Source: an uncultured Chromatiales bacterium
GTDB lineage: Bacteria; Bacteroidota; Ignavibacteria; SZUA-365; CAYQST01
Reading direction: 5' to 3'
Assembly (NCBI GenBank): GCA_964449305.1
Contig: CAYUYM010000004.1
Coordinates: 2,305-66,304 of the forward strand
DNA length: 64,000 nucleotides
Made by a program: the position numbers and the translations under genes. Below the pieces are notes generated by a model. It made no database searches, had not been told where the DNA came from, and saw only the letters and a list, made by a program, of their open reading frames with translations. Below are positions 30,443-40,693 of the stretch, in pieces; the first letter of the stretch is position 1, and each line of letters opens with the position of its first letter.

Positions 30443-31261
30443 ATGACACGCAGACTTCTCACCGGTTCACTTCTTCTCGCATCGGCGGTGCTCGTCTTCA
30501 GCGGATTCTTCGCACCGGAAAAAATCACGGTGAAGGGATCCGACACGATGGTGATCCTCGCCCAGCGCTGGGCCGAGCGTTACATGAACAGCAACAAACA
30601 GGTGGCCATCCAGGTGACGGGTGGTGGTTCGGGAACGGGCATCTCGGCCCTGATCAACGGCACCACAGACATCTGCAACTCGTCGCGCCCCATGAAGCAG
30701 TCCGAGATCAAGAAACTCAAGGAGCGCTTCGGCACCGTGGGTGTTGAGATCCCCTGCGCCAAGGACGGACTCTCGGTGTACGTGCACGAGGGGAATCCCG
30801 TCACCGATCTCACCATCCCACAGATCCGCGACATCTACACCGGAAAGATCACGAACTGGAAGGACGTGGGCGGCGACGACGCGAAGATCATCCTGTATTC
30901 GCGTGAGAACAACTCCGGCACCTACGTCTACTTCAAGGACAACGTGTTGAAGGGCGCGGACTATTCGCCGAGCTGTCAGAACCTGCCCGGCACGGCTGCC
31001 GTGGTCAACGCCATCTCGAAGGACAGGAACGGCATCGGGTACGGCGGTGCGGCCTATGGGAAGGGCATCCGCGAGGTGAAGGTGAACGGTGTTGCACCGA
31101 CCGCCGAAAACGTGAAGTCGGGGAAATACCCGATCACGCGGTACCTCTACATCTACCTGCGCAACAAGCCGACCGGCGAGATCAAGAAGTTCATCGACTG
31201 GGTGTTGAGCCCGGATGGACAGACCATCGTGAAGGAAGTGGGGTACTTCCCTGTCCGATGA
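30443..31261 (+). CDS. pstS: Phosphate ABC transporter substrate-binding protein
   Basis: Signal/lipobox-like N-terminus. PBP superfamily with phosphate-binding motifs (GSDTM, SRPMK, GTYVYF). Confidence 0.9.
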   Translation: MTRRLLTGSLLLASAVLVFSGFFAPEKITVKGSDTMVILAQRWAERYMNSNKQVAIQVTGGGSGTGISALINGTTDICNSSRPMKQSEIKKLKERFGTVGVEIPCAKDGLSVYVHEGNPVTDLTIPQIRDIYTGKITNWKDVGGDDAKIILYSRENNSGTYVYFKDNVLKGADYSPSCQNLPGTAAVVNAISKDRNGIGYGGAAYGKGIREVKVNGVAPTAENVKSGKYPITRYLYIYLRNKPTGEIKKFIDWVLSPDGQTIVKEVGYFPVR

Positions 31262-31370
31262 CGACGTCGCCTGATCACGACATCCCATGCACTCCTCCCG
31301 CGCTTCCGGGTGCGGGAGGAGTCATGCGGAACCATCACCATATTTCTGCAACCCGAACGACACAGCACCC

Positions 31371-32771
31371 ATGAACAACGCCGACGCACCGCAGGGTGAC
31401 AGCCCCACTCCATCGAAGGGGACGGCCGTCAACCGCTTTCTGACGCACAAGCCATTGACTCTCGGGAAGAAGCTCCACCTCATGGAGTTCATCGCCGAGC
31501 GGAGTGTGCAGGCAGTGGCCTTCATCTCCATCGCAGCCATCCTCGGCATCTTCTACTACGTCTTTCAGGAGGCGACCTGGGCGTTTCGCAGCGGGGAGCC
31601 GGCAGTGGCCACCGTCACGGCGACAACAGTGGATGGAACGACGGAACAGCCATCATCCGCGGGTCCGGGAGATGGCACGGAGGATGGCGGCATGCTGACC
31701 CAGGAGACCTACGGAGGAGACGAGACGCCATCGGCGACGTCGGGTTCGGAGGAGCTGAAACCGGAATCGTATGGAACGGAGGAATTGACCCCGGAGGTGT
31801 ACGGAGCGCCGCCGGATGCGGCGACCGGGGACCTGCGACCCGGGGCCCCTGAATCGACCGAGGTCGCAGGCTCGGATCGTGCCGACGTGGCCGATGCCGG
31901 AACGGATGCCGCCCCACCCGCGGTGATCACCGAAGAGGAGTTGCCGGTGTCCGATGTGGATGGGGGGGGGCACGAGCGCCCGGTGACGGTGGACATGCTC
32001 CTCCGCGCGAATGACACGATCGACGGCGCCCCCCGGCACATATGGCAGCCGGTGGGGGAGGTGCCGAAATACAGCTTTGTGCCGCTGCTGGTGGGTGCAC
32101 TGAAGGTGACGCTGATCGGCCTGCTGCTGGCGGCCCCGATTGCCATCCTTGCCGCGCTCTTCACCTCGGCCTTCGCGCCCCGCTGGGCACGGGAGATCCT
32201 CAAGCCGGCCATCGAGATCCTCGCGGGCTTCCCGTCGGTGGTGATCGGTTTCTTCTGCCTGATGACGCTGGCCACGGTGATGCAGGCGATCACGGAATCG
32301 GAGTTCCGGCTCAACGCCCTCGTGGGAGGCATCGGCATGGCGATCGCGGTGATCCCGATCATCTACACCGTGACCGAGGACGCGTTGGCGGCCGTGCCGA
32401 AGTCCATGAAGGAAGCCTCGCTGGCGATGGGCGCATCGCGCTGGCAGACCGCCTATCGCGTGACGCTGCCCGCCGCCATCCCCGGCGTCTTTGCCGCGGT
32501 GATCCTCGGCTTCGGGCGTGCGTTCGGCGAGACCATGATCGCCCTCATGGCCACAGGCAATGCCGCACTGGTGTCGGCCGACATCTTCGAGTCTGTCCGC
32601 ACCATGGCCGCCACCATTGGCGCGGAGATGGCGGAGGTCGAATTCCACAGCGTGCACTACGGTGTCCTGTTTCTCATCGGCGCCGTTCTCTTCGTCGTCA
32701 CCTTCACCATGAACGCACTCGCGGAATTCTGGATCCGCCGGCGCCTGTTGAAACGATTCCAGGGACAATGA
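31371..32771 (+). CDS. pstC: Phosphate ABC transporter permease PstC carrying a ~170-aa acidic low-complexity insertion in the first extracytoplasmic loop
   Basis: C-terminal 290 aa are canonical PstC (EAA-like motif MGASRWQTAYRVTLPAA). Between TM1 and TM2 lies a T/E/D/G/P-rich segment with three E-x-Y-G repeats. Confidence 0.88.
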   Translation: MNNADAPQGDSPTPSKGTAVNRFLTHKPLTLGKKLHLMEFIAERSVQAVAFISIAAILGIFYYVFQEATWAFRSGEPAVATVTATTVDGTTEQPSSAGPGDGTEDGGMLTQETYGGDETPSATSGSEELKPESYGTEELTPEVYGAPPDAATGDLRPGAPESTEVAGSDRADVADAGTDAAPPAVITEEELPVSDVDGGGHERPVTVDMLLRANDTIDGAPRHIWQPVGEVPKYSFVPLLVGALKVTLIGLLLAAPIAILAALFTSAFAPRWAREILKPAIEILAGFPSVVIGFFCLMTLATVMQAITESEFRLNALVGGIGMAIAVIPIIYTVTEDALAAVPKSMKEASLAMGASRWQTAYRVTLPAAIPGVFAAVILGFGRAFGETMIALMATGNAALVSADIFESVRTMAATIGAEMAEVEFHSVHYGVLFLIGAVLFVVTFTMNALAEFWIRRRLLKRFQGQ

Positions 32772-32774
32772 CCC

Positions 32775-34064
32775 ATGGCCTCACCCGCACATTCCCGCTC
32801 CATTGCGATTGCGCTCACGATCACCCTTCTCGGCACTGCCGTGTCCGCCATCCTTCTGCTCTGGACGCCGTGGTACCTCGCCATCAGCGGGCTCGCCGCA
32901 GCGGCTGTAGCCGGGACCGTGCTGTGGCGTCGGATGTCGATCCAGAACCGCCGCAGGATCAGCGAGAACATCTTCATCCTTCTCTCGGGTGCCACGGCAC
33001 TGATCATCATCGCCTTCGTCCTGTATCTGCTCATCTCCATCTTCTGGAACGGGCGCTCACATCTCTCCATCGATTTCCTGTTCTCCGCCCCGTCGGAGGG
33101 GTTGACGGGGGGAGGCATCTTTCCGGCCATCGTGGGCACGGCGATGCTGGTCATCATCATGTCCATCGCAGCCGTCCCCATCGGGACGATCACGGCGATC
33201 TACCTCTCCGAGTATGCACGGGAGACCTCCTTCATCACCCGCTTCATCCGTTTTGCGGTGAACACCCTGGCCGGGGTGCCGGCCATCGTGTTCGGGCTTT
33301 TCGGGCTCGGATTCTTCATCGGCACGGTGGGCCGGCAGATGGATGCGGTGGAGCAGGGCCGGCGGATTGAGCGACTCGAGACGGTGATGACGCGCGAGGG
33401 ATCGCCATTTGCCGATGATGGCGCAGCCACAGTGCAGGAGCTCCGGGCCGCACTCGAGGCTGATGATGCGGAGTACTGGTCGCGACAGATCGACCTCTCC
33501 GAGTCCCTCGCAGAGATGAAGGGCGACGATCGTGCCATCCCGGCGGCCGATGTGCGACAGTTCTATGTCGAGCGCACGTCCCCGCACTGGGGGCAGCCGG
33601 CACTCATCTGGGCGGCGCTCACGATGGCGCTGCTCACGCTTCCGGTGGTGATCGTGAGCGTGGAGGAGGCGATCAAGACGGTGCCGCGGGATCTGCGTGA
33701 GGCGAGCCTTGCGCTGGGTGCATCGAAGTGGGAGACGATCCTGCGCGTGGTGCTTCCCGGCTCGGTGACGGGCATCCTCACTGGTGGCATCCTCGCCGTG
33801 AGCCGTGGTGCGGGCGAGGTGGCCCCCATCCTGTTCACCGGAGCCGCCTACTTTCTGCCGGAGCTTCCGTCCTCGGTGTCGTCCCAGTTCATGGAACTCG
33901 GCTATCACATCTACATCCTCGCCACACAATCGCCGGACGTGGAGCTCACCTTGCCGCTCCAGTACGCCACCACCTTCGTGCTGCTCATTCTCACCTTCAC
34001 CCTCAACTTCACGGCCATCTTCCTTCGCTCCCGCGTCCGTGCCCGCATGGCCCAGGCCGGCTGA
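32775..34064 (+). CDS. pstA: Phosphate ABC transporter permease PstA (with a ~90-aa charged insertion)
   Basis: PstA-type TM topology and an EAA-like loop ([17 protein letters not shown]). Starts 3 nt after the pstC stop. Confidence 0.88.
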   Translation: MASPAHSRSIAIALTITLLGTAVSAILLLWTPWYLAISGLAAAAVAGTVLWRRMSIQNRRRISENIFILLSGATALIIIAFVLYLLISIFWNGRSHLSIDFLFSAPSEGLTGGGIFPAIVGTAMLVIIMSIAAVPIGTITAIYLSEYARETSFITRFIRFAVNTLAGVPAIVFGLFGLGFFIGTVGRQMDAVEQGRRIERLETVMTREGSPFADDGAATVQELRAALEADDAEYWSRQIDLSESLAEMKGDDRAIPAADVRQFYVERTSPHWGQPALIWAALTMALLTLPVVIVSVEEAIKTVPRDLREASLALGASKWETILRVVLPGSVTGILTGGILAVSRGAGEVAPILFTGAAYFLPELPSSVSSQFMELGYHIYILATQSPDVELTLPLQYATTFVLLILTFTLNFTAIFLRSRVRARMAQAG

Positions 34065-34090
34065 TCCCCCAACCACGAACCATCGGAACA

Positions 34091-34849
34091 ATGAACGACA
34101 CCATCATCTCCACGACCAATCTCAGCCTTCACTATGGCGACAAGCAGGCACTCAGGGACATCACGATCGACATCCCGCGTCACCGCGTCACCGCCTTCAT
34201 CGGCCCATCGGGCTGCGGCAAATCCACCTTTCTCCGTTCCCTCAACCGCATGAACGACCTCATCGACGGTGTGCGCATTGCCGGCTCGGTGGAGATCGAC
34301 GGTCTCGACATCTATGACAGGAGCATTGATGTTGTGGAGCTGCGCAAGCGCATCGGCATGGTCTTCCAGAAGTCGAATCCGTTTCCGAAGTCCGTATATG
34401 ACAACATCGCGTACGGGCCCCGGGTGAACGGCATCCGCGACCGCCGCAGGCTCGACGAGATCGTGGAGGAAAGCCTGAAGCGCGCCGCCATCTGGACCGA
34501 GGTGAAGGACCGCCTGAAGGATTCGGCGCTCGGCCTCTCCGGTGGACAGCAGCAGCGGCTCTGCATTGCCCGCTGCCTTGCCGTGAATCCGGACATCCTT
34601 CTCATGGATGAACCGGCGAGCGCGCTCGATCCCATCTCCACCGCCAAGATCGAGGAGCTCATCTTCGAGCTCAAGGACAACTACACCATCGTGATCGTGA
34701 CGCACAACATGCAACAGGCCGCACGCGTGAGTGACAACACCGCCTTCTTCTACATGGGTGAGCTCATCGAGTATGGCCGAACCCGCAGCATGTTCACCAC
34801 ACCCGAAAAGAAGCAGACCGAGGAGTACATCACCGGCCGCTTTGGTTGA
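34091..34849 (+). CDS. pstB: Phosphate ABC transporter ATP-binding protein
   Basis: Walker [10 protein letters not shown], signature LSGGQQQRL, Walker B LLMDEPAS. Overall PstB identity is high by memory. Confidence 0.95.
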   Translation: MNDTIISTTNLSLHYGDKQALRDITIDIPRHRVTAFIGPSGCGKSTFLRSLNRMNDLIDGVRIAGSVEIDGLDIYDRSIDVVELRKRIGMVFQKSNPFPKSVYDNIAYGPRVNGIRDRRRLDEIVEESLKRAAIWTEVKDRLKDSALGLSGGQQQRLCIARCLAVNPDILLMDEPASALDPISTAKIEELIFELKDNYTIVIVTHNMQQAARVSDNTAFFYMGELIEYGRTRSMFTTPEKKQTEEYITGRFG

Positions 34850-34945
34850 TCCATCGGCACACCGCATTGTCATCCAACGGCGGCACGCGAACCGCATTCA
34901 TCGATGCCTCCCACCATCTTTCTTCCACCATTCAATCCAGACGCC

Positions 34946-35662
34946 ATGCCCGACCACATATTCCACCGCTTCGACGAGGATCTCGACAAGCTCCGCTCAC
35001 GCCTGATCAAGATGGGCAGCCTGGTGCAGGAGCAGGTCGAGATCGTGTTCAAGGCCCTCGAAACCAACAACACGGAGATCGCGCAGCTCGTGATCGAACG
35101 CGACAGCAAGATCGACGCGTTCGACATCGAGATCGACCGCCTGTGCATGCAGCTCTTCGCCATGCAGCAACCCGTGGCCCTCGATCTGCGGACCATCATG
35201 GCCGCGCTCTCGATCAACAAGAACTTTGAACGTCTGGGCGACATCGCCGTGAACATCGCCGAGCGGGTGGTGGGGCTGAAGGACCACCCCGGTGTGGTCC
35301 ATCGCACCCGTCTGGGGGAGATGGGGCACATCGCCTCGCGGATGGTCAACGACGCGCTCGATGCCTACATCAACCACGATGTGACACTCGCCCACCGCGT
35401 GCTGGAGGCCGAGGTGTCCGTCGACGCGCTCGATCGTGAGAACTTCTCGCTCCTCATCGAACAGATGATGCAGGACGGGTCGCTCGTGGTTCCGTGCAGC
35501 CATCTGCTGCTGGTGAACCGCAACGTGGAACGCCTGGCCGACCAGTCAACGAACATCGCCGAGGAGGTGGTGTTCCTGGTCGAGGCGCGCATCCTCCGGC
35601 ATGGAAACGGAGGCGACGCGATGCCGCCCGGTCCGGATGATGACAGCGATGCTGCCGACTGA
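34946..35662 (+). CDS. phoU: Phosphate signalling complex protein PhoU
   Basis: Two PhoU repeats with conserved ERxGD motifs (ERLGDIAVNIAE and ERLADQSTNIAE). Confidence 0.9.
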   Translation: MPDHIFHRFDEDLDKLRSRLIKMGSLVQEQVEIVFKALETNNTEIAQLVIERDSKIDAFDIEIDRLCMQLFAMQQPVALDLRTIMAALSINKNFERLGDIAVNIAERVVGLKDHPGVVHRTRLGEMGHIASRMVNDALDAYINHDVTLAHRVLEAEVSVDALDRENFSLLIEQMMQDGSLVVPCSHLLLVNRNVERLADQSTNIAEEVVFLVEARILRHGNGGDAMPPGPDDDSDAAD

Positions 35663-35668
35663 TCGAAC

Positions 35669-35697
35669 GACGCCCGCCTCACGCGGGCGTTGTCATT
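35669..35697 (+). terminator. Hairpin terminator after phoU
   Basis: ACGCCCGC-ctca-GCGGGCGT followed by TGTCATT. The T-tract is weak. Confidence 0.45.
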
Positions 35698-35898
35698 CCA
35701 GGAACAGCAGCACGGCACCGGTCAGAAACAGACCGATGGAGAGCACAAGCGCGGCGTGGATGGTGAAGCGCAGGGTGATGCCGGAATGCAGGGGCGACAT
35801 GGGAAACGCTGATGTGGTGGGAAATGTGACTGCTGTCGACATATACACCACACCCACTCCGGATGTTCCAGGATGCCGCGAAATCTTCTGTGTGTTTG

Positions 35899-35972
<74 letters not shown>

Positions 35973-36090
35973 ATCCTTCCGTATTCGGAAGGGACACTAA
36001 TATAGGCTTTTTTCCTTTCCGGAAAAATCGAGATCCGATCCGTTCCCAGGGGAATTTCTTCGAGACTCCCGGAATCGTATTTTACCGGGC

Positions 36091-36675
36091 ATGTTTCATC
36101 CATCGACATCAGGCGCCATGTCCAGCTCATCCCCCACACCAGCACCCGGATCCTCGAACACCAGGACCATCATCTTCGTCTCCTTGATGATCGTGGTCGT
36201 GGTCGCTGTGGCATACATCCTCATCGTCGGGAAGCACACCGCACCGCCACCACCGCCGGCGACGTCCGGGGGCATGCAGCAGGGCCCGGAGCAGTTCCGG
36301 AAGGATGCCATCATGAAGATCACCACGCCTGCGGGCACGGTGAAGCAGGAGCTCGAGATCGAGATCGTGGACCGGGAGGAGACACGCATGCAGGGCATGA
36401 TGGGGCGCACATCAATGGCCCAGAACCGCGGCATGCTCTTCATCTTCGACAACGACGAACCCCGCTCCTTCTGGATGGCCAACACCCCGCTGCCGCTCGA
36501 CATCATCTTCATCACGCGCGACAGGGAGATCATCAGGATTCATTCACGCACCACACCCTACTCCGAGCAGAACTACGAATCGGGGCGCGACTGCCGCTAC
36601 GTGCTCGAGACGAACGCCGGCTACTGCGACCGCCACGGCATCCGCGAGGGTGACAAGGTGACGTGGAGCCGCTGA
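36091..36675 (+). CDS. DUF192 (COG1430) family protein with an N-terminal membrane anchor
   Basis: The DUF192 core is recognisable (FWMANTPLPLDIIFI ... RYVLETNAGY). An N-terminal TM helix is followed by a Pro-rich linker. Confidence 0.75.
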   Translation: MFHPSTSGAMSSSSPTPAPGSSNTRTIIFVSLMIVVVVAVAYILIVGKHTAPPPPPATSGGMQQGPEQFRKDAIMKITTPAGTVKQELEIEIVDREETRMQGMMGRTSMAQNRGMLFIFDNDEPRSFWMANTPLPLDIIFITRDREIIRIHSRTTPYSEQNYESGRDCRYVLETNAGYCDRHGIREGDKVTWSR

Positions 36676-36725
36676 TCCCCGGTGGCATTGGTACACAGGC
36701 ATCACATCAAGCATCAGACACCGTC

Positions 36726-37016
36726 ATGACTTTCCGCCCGCTTCTTCTGCCCGCCGCGCTGCTCTGCCTTGTGGCCGGCTGCTCCAAACCGCCCGCATCC
36801 ACGATGGCCGACGTGCGTGTGCAGGCTCCCGGCATGAAATGCGAGAGCTGTGCCGAGACCATCGAATCCACCTTCCGGCATCTCCCCGGCGTGGATTCCG
36901 TGGACGCTGATCCCGTGACGAAATGGGTGTTCGTCCGCTGCGACACGACGAAGACCACCGCTGCCACGCTCGAGGAGACCATCGGGAGACTCGGCTTCGA
37001 CAGGCTTTCCGAATGA
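36726..37016 (+). CDS. Heavy-metal-associated (HMA) domain lipoprotein (CopZ-like metallochaperone fold)
   Basis: Lipobox LVAGCS, then the GMKCESCAETIE metal-binding GMxCxxC motif. 96 aa. Confidence 0.75.
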   Translation: MTFRPLLLPAALLCLVAGCSKPPASTMADVRVQAPGMKCESCAETIESTFRHLPGVDSVDADPVTKWVFVRCDTTKTTAATLEETIGRLGFDRLSE

Positions 37017-37684
37017 CGCGCTCCGCCCTGCGACAGTTTCTGCGCATGGGCATCGGTCTCGCCCTCGCCGGCGCGGCCTACCTGGCCTTCGCCCTGTGGA
37101 CATCGCGCGGTGACGATGAGAAGGTGCTGCTCGATGCGGCCCAGGTCTGTGCGCAGGAGGGGGCCGCGGGGGAGAGCCCGCTGTTCGGTGTCTCGATCAA
37201 CGATGTGCCACTCACGACACTCGCAGGCAGGCCTGTCGGGCTTCATGCGCTCGGTGGCCCTCGTCTGACGACCGTGCTCTTCTGGGCCTGCACCTGCCCC
37301 TGCTCCAACGGGTACATCGACCGGCTCCGGGAGCTGCGTGATGCCTACGAACCGAAGGGTGTGGCCTTCATCGGCATCAACGCCAACAGCGACGAGACCG
37401 CAGACCAGATGCAGGCCTTCATCGACCGCCGGAGCTTTCCCCTGCCCGTGTACCGCGATGCCCCCGGCATCGCCGCCGACATGCTCATGGCGCGTGTCAC
37501 CCCCGAAGTCTTCGTCTTCGACACCACCTGGGCACTCCGCTATCACGGCCGCATCGACGACGACAAGGGCGGACTCTACGTGAAGGACGCCTCGCTCGCG
37601 CGGGCGCTCGACACCCTCCTCACCGGCGGCGAGCTGCGCCACCGCGAGAAACCCGGGCTTGGCTGCGTCATCGTGAGGCACTGA
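37013..37684 (+). CDS. TlpA/redoxin-like periplasmic thiol-disulfide oxidoreductase
   Basis: N-terminal TM anchor and a thioredoxin fold with a WACTCPC active-site region. The ATG overlaps the stop of the upstream HMA gene (ATGA). Confidence 0.75.
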   Translation: MTRSALRQFLRMGIGLALAGAAYLAFALWTSRGDDEKVLLDAAQVCAQEGAAGESPLFGVSINDVPLTTLAGRPVGLHALGGPRLTTVLFWACTCPCSNGYIDRLRELRDAYEPKGVAFIGINANSDETADQMQAFIDRRSFPLPVYRDAPGIAADMLMARVTPEVFVFDTTWALRYHGRIDDDKGGLYVKDASLARALDTLLTGGELRHREKPGLGCVIVRH

Positions 37685-38785
37685 ATGAAGCACCCCACCC
37701 GGGCGCTGCATGCATCGCCCCGAAGCGTCGTCATCATCATCATCCTGTTGATCCTGTCGTCGCAACTGCCGGCGCAATCCGTGCATCCGCGCAGCATCAT
37801 CCTGCTCATCGGTGATGGCATGGGGACGGCGCAGGTGGCGGCTTTGAAACTCCGTCAGGGGAGGACGAATTTCGACCGCTTTTCCGTGTGCGGCTTCTCG
37901 CTCACGCAGTCGGCCACGCACTTCGTCACCGAATCGAGCGCGGGCGGCACCGCCCTTGCCACCGGGGAGCGGACCTTCAATGGCGCCATCGCGGTGGACA
38001 CGGCGGAGCGTCCGCTGCAGACCGCGCTGGAGCTGGCCCTGGCAGGTGGCCGGGCGGGGGGCGTCGTGGTCACGAGCTCCATCACCCATGCCACCCCCGC
38101 AGCGTTTCTCGCGCATGTCAACCTGCGAAAGAAGGAGTACGACATTGCGGAGCAGATCCTGCAATCCGGTGCCTCCGTGCTCATCGGCGGCGGGCGCATG
38201 TTCTTCCGTGACCGCAACCAGACAACGACCGCCACGACGATGGCGCCCCTCCTGTCCGCCGTCACGACATCGGGCTTCACCTTCGCCTCCACACCCGCCT
38301 GCGACACCATCCCGGGATCACGTCTCCTCATGCTGCTGGAGGAGGAGGGCCTGCCACTGGCCGGAGCCCGCACCTACACGCTGGGCGACCTGACAGGCTG
38401 CGCGCTCCAGCGCCTCGAGTCGGCTCCCGGCGGCTTCTTCCTCATGGTGGAGGGATCGCAGATCGACTGGGCCTGCCACAACATGGACTTCCCGCAGCTC
38501 CTTCGGGAGATGGAGGATTTCGACACCGCCATCGGTCGGGCGATGGACCATGCGGAGACGCATCCGGGAACGCTGGTGCTCGTGACTGCGGACCATGAGA
38601 CAGGCGGTCTCACGTTGTCGGGCCGCATGCCCGATGGCTCCGACATGCAGGGGAAATGGACCTCGGACGACCATACCGGCGTGATGGTGCCCGTGTTCGT
38701 CTTCGGTCCGGGAGCGGAACGCTTCGGTGGCATCCATGAGAACCGGGAGATCGGACGGATGATCAGAGAGCTGCTGGGCCACTGA
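37685..38785 (+). CDS. Alkaline phosphatase (PhoA/AP superfamily)
   Basis: Signal peptide. DGMG metal ligand, Ser-nucleophile motif VTESSAGGTALATG, TADHETGG and HTGVMVPVF. Starts on the nucleotide after the TlpA stop. Confidence 0.88.
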   Translation: MKHPTRALHASPRSVVIIIILLILSSQLPAQSVHPRSIILLIGDGMGTAQVAALKLRQGRTNFDRFSVCGFSLTQSATHFVTESSAGGTALATGERTFNGAIAVDTAERPLQTALELALAGGRAGGVVVTSSITHATPAAFLAHVNLRKKEYDIAEQILQSGASVLIGGGRMFFRDRNQTTTATTMAPLLSAVTTSGFTFASTPACDTIPGSRLLMLLEEEGLPLAGARTYTLGDLTGCALQRLESAPGGFFLMVEGSQIDWACHNMDFPQLLREMEDFDTAIGRAMDHAETHPGTLVLVTADHETGGLTLSGRMPDGSDMQGKWTSDDHTGVMVPVFVFGPGAERFGGIHENREIGRMIRELLGH

Positions 38786-38890
38786 GGGCGCCCGGAGGGC
38801 TGTCCGGCACACAGTTCACCTCATTGCATTTGGTGAAAAACTCCATCATATTTCGCACTTCGATCCCCATACTCATACCAGGAGGTTCCC

Positions 38891-40561
38891 ATGACCATGC
38901 AACGATCCGATTCACGACGGCGACACGCGGCCGGGGTGATGTCCACCCTGTCCGCCTTCGCGCTCATTCTTGCGCTGATGCTGTCGTCGTGCCACGATTC
39001 CGTCACCGATGTCAACAATCCCCCCGTGAACCCGACCGGCCAGAAGGGCGGCATCACCGGAAAGGTGCACACCACCACCGGAGGCAACGCCTACAACGTC
39101 CAGGTCAGTGTCGGCTCGCTCACCACGTACACCGATTCCAAAGGCGAGTTCTACCTCGCCGACGTCCCGGTTGCAGACCGCGTGGTGGTGTCCTTCACCA
39201 GCGCCTCCCATGCCTTCAACCAGAAGATCACCGTGGTGAAGCCCGGGCGGGTCACCTTTGTAGAGGCGACGATGGCCGGCATCGGTGTCACGCAATCCTT
39301 CAGCGCCACCACCGGTGCCACGGTGCAGACGCAGGGCGCCAAGGTGGCGATCCCCTCCAATGCCATCGTGGACAGCCGTGGCGCGGCATACACTGGCACC
39401 GTGCAGATGCAGGCCACCTGGTTCGATCCCTCCGGTCCCCTGTTCACCGGATGCTTCCCCGGAGAGTTCTCCGGCGTCCGCACCGACAATTCCGTGACGG
39501 ACATCGAGTCCTTCGGCTTCATGACGGTGGAGCTGCGCAACGGCACGGAGAAGCTCCAACTCGCTCCGGGCGCGGTCGCCACGCTCACCTTCCCCGTGCC
39601 ATCGACCATGCGCGCCAAGGCGCCCGCCACCATCCCCCTGTGGTACTACGACGAGACCGCAGGGAAGTGGGTGGAGCAGGGCACCGCCACACTCACCGGC
39701 ACCACCTATGTCGGAACCGTGAGCCATTTCAGCTCGTGGAACTGCGATCAGCCCACGCAGACGTCCTTCCTCGAGGGACGCGTGGTGGACAGGAACGGCA
39801 CCCCACTGAGCTTCGCCCGCGTGCAGAGCAGCGGCGTGGATTACACGGGTGCATCGGTGGTCCACACCGATGACAACGGCTACTTCCGCCTGCCGGTGAA
39901 GTCCGCCTCCCAGGCGAAGGTCTGGGCCGGGTATTATCTCGCCTCCAGCACACCGGCCACCTTCACCACACCGGCGACGGGCGGCACGCTGAACATCGGC
40001 ACCATCACCGTCCCCATCGACAGCATGAGCGTGTGCACCGTCATCGGCAGGGTGATTGACAACGGCGGCCTCCCGGTGAAGTACTGCTCCATCGCCCTGC
40101 TCGACAGCACCGGCAAGAGTCTCGACTTTGTCCAGACAAGCTCCGGATCGTTCAAGTTCTTCTGTGAGGTGGGCAGGTCCTACACGATCGTCCTGTATGG
40201 CGGCCGGCAGGACACCATGACCAACACGCGCATTTCATTCACCTGCCCGGGCACGGCGCAGACGGTGGATCTCGGCACCATCACGCTCGACATCGGCGGC
40301 AGCACCATCGTTGGTCGCGTGGTCGACGCCTCCAGCAACCCCATCCCAAAGGCGTATCTCTATTCCTCCGAGTCGTCCAACCCGAATTCCGGCGGCAGCG
40401 TCGAGATGCAGACCGACTCCCTCGGGCGCTTCTCCCTGTGGGTGCGTCCCAACAAGACCTTCGATGTGCACATCATCTTCAACAAGCTCACCAAGGTGGT
40501 CAGCATGACCTCCGGCAACCTCGGGGAGACGAAGAACGTCGGGGACATCACCCTTCCGTGA
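38891..40561 (+). CDS. Lipoprotein with three carboxypeptidase-regulatory-like (CarbopepD_reg/Cna-B-like) beta-sandwich domains
   Basis: Lipobox LSSCHD. GRVVD/GRVID-led beta-sandwich repeats (GRVVDRNGTPLSFARV, GRVIDNGGLPVKYCSI, GRVVDASSNPIPKAYL). Confidence 0.7.
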   Translation: MTMQRSDSRRRHAAGVMSTLSAFALILALMLSSCHDSVTDVNNPPVNPTGQKGGITGKVHTTTGGNAYNVQVSVGSLTTYTDSKGEFYLADVPVADRVVVSFTSASHAFNQKITVVKPGRVTFVEATMAGIGVTQSFSATTGATVQTQGAKVAIPSNAIVDSRGAAYTGTVQMQATWFDPSGPLFTGCFPGEFSGVRTDNSVTDIESFGFMTVELRNGTEKLQLAPGAVATLTFPVPSTMRAKAPATIPLWYYDETAGKWVEQGTATLTGTTYVGTVSHFSSWNCDQPTQTSFLEGRVVDRNGTPLSFARVQSSGVDYTGASVVHTDDNGYFRLPVKSASQAKVWAGYYLASSTPATFTTPATGGTLNIGTITVPIDSMSVCTVIGRVIDNGGLPVKYCSIALLDSTGKSLDFVQTSSGSFKFFCEVGRSYTIVLYGGRQDTMTNTRISFTCPGTAQTVDLGTITLDIGGSTIVGRVVDASSNPIPKAYLYSSESSNPNSGGSVEMQTDSLGRFSLWVRPNKTFDVHIIFNKLTKVVSMTSGNLGETKNVGDITLP

Positions 40562-40586
40562 CACGGACACCGTGACCATGACACCG

Positions 40587-40620
40587 GCGGCGGCGGGGAT
40601 TCCCCGCCGCTGTTGTTTCC
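40587..40620 (+). terminator. Rho-independent terminator after the lipoprotein gene
   Basis: GCGGCGGGG-att-CCCCGCCGC followed by TGTTGTTTCC. Confidence 0.7.
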
Positions 40621-40693
40621 GGCCTGATGGTGGCGTTGTCAACTCTCCTCCACACTTCGTACCTTTCCGGTGTCGAACAAAAGGAGGTGTCCC

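Noticed and set aside
35696-35842. 49-aa ORF with a C-terminal TM helix just downstream of tRNA-Pro on the minus strand
   Set aside because: No convincing ribosome-binding site (GGAG lies 17 nt upstream), and it sits between the tRNA and the phoU terminator. It is more likely a chance ORF, though a small membrane peptide cannot be excluded.
35975-35992. Hairpin CCTTCCG-tatt-CGGAAGG abutting the 5' end of tRNA-Pro
   Set aside because: It could be a tRNA leader structure or a plus-strand terminator, but the T-run is 13 nt away and no upstream plus-strand gene needs it. Function is indeterminate.
38824-39873. 349-aa plus-strand ORF in an alternative frame over the start of the lipoprotein gene
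   Set aside because: R/H/G-rich with no motifs. The 38891 frame has a lipobox, a Shine-Dalgarno site and domain repeats.
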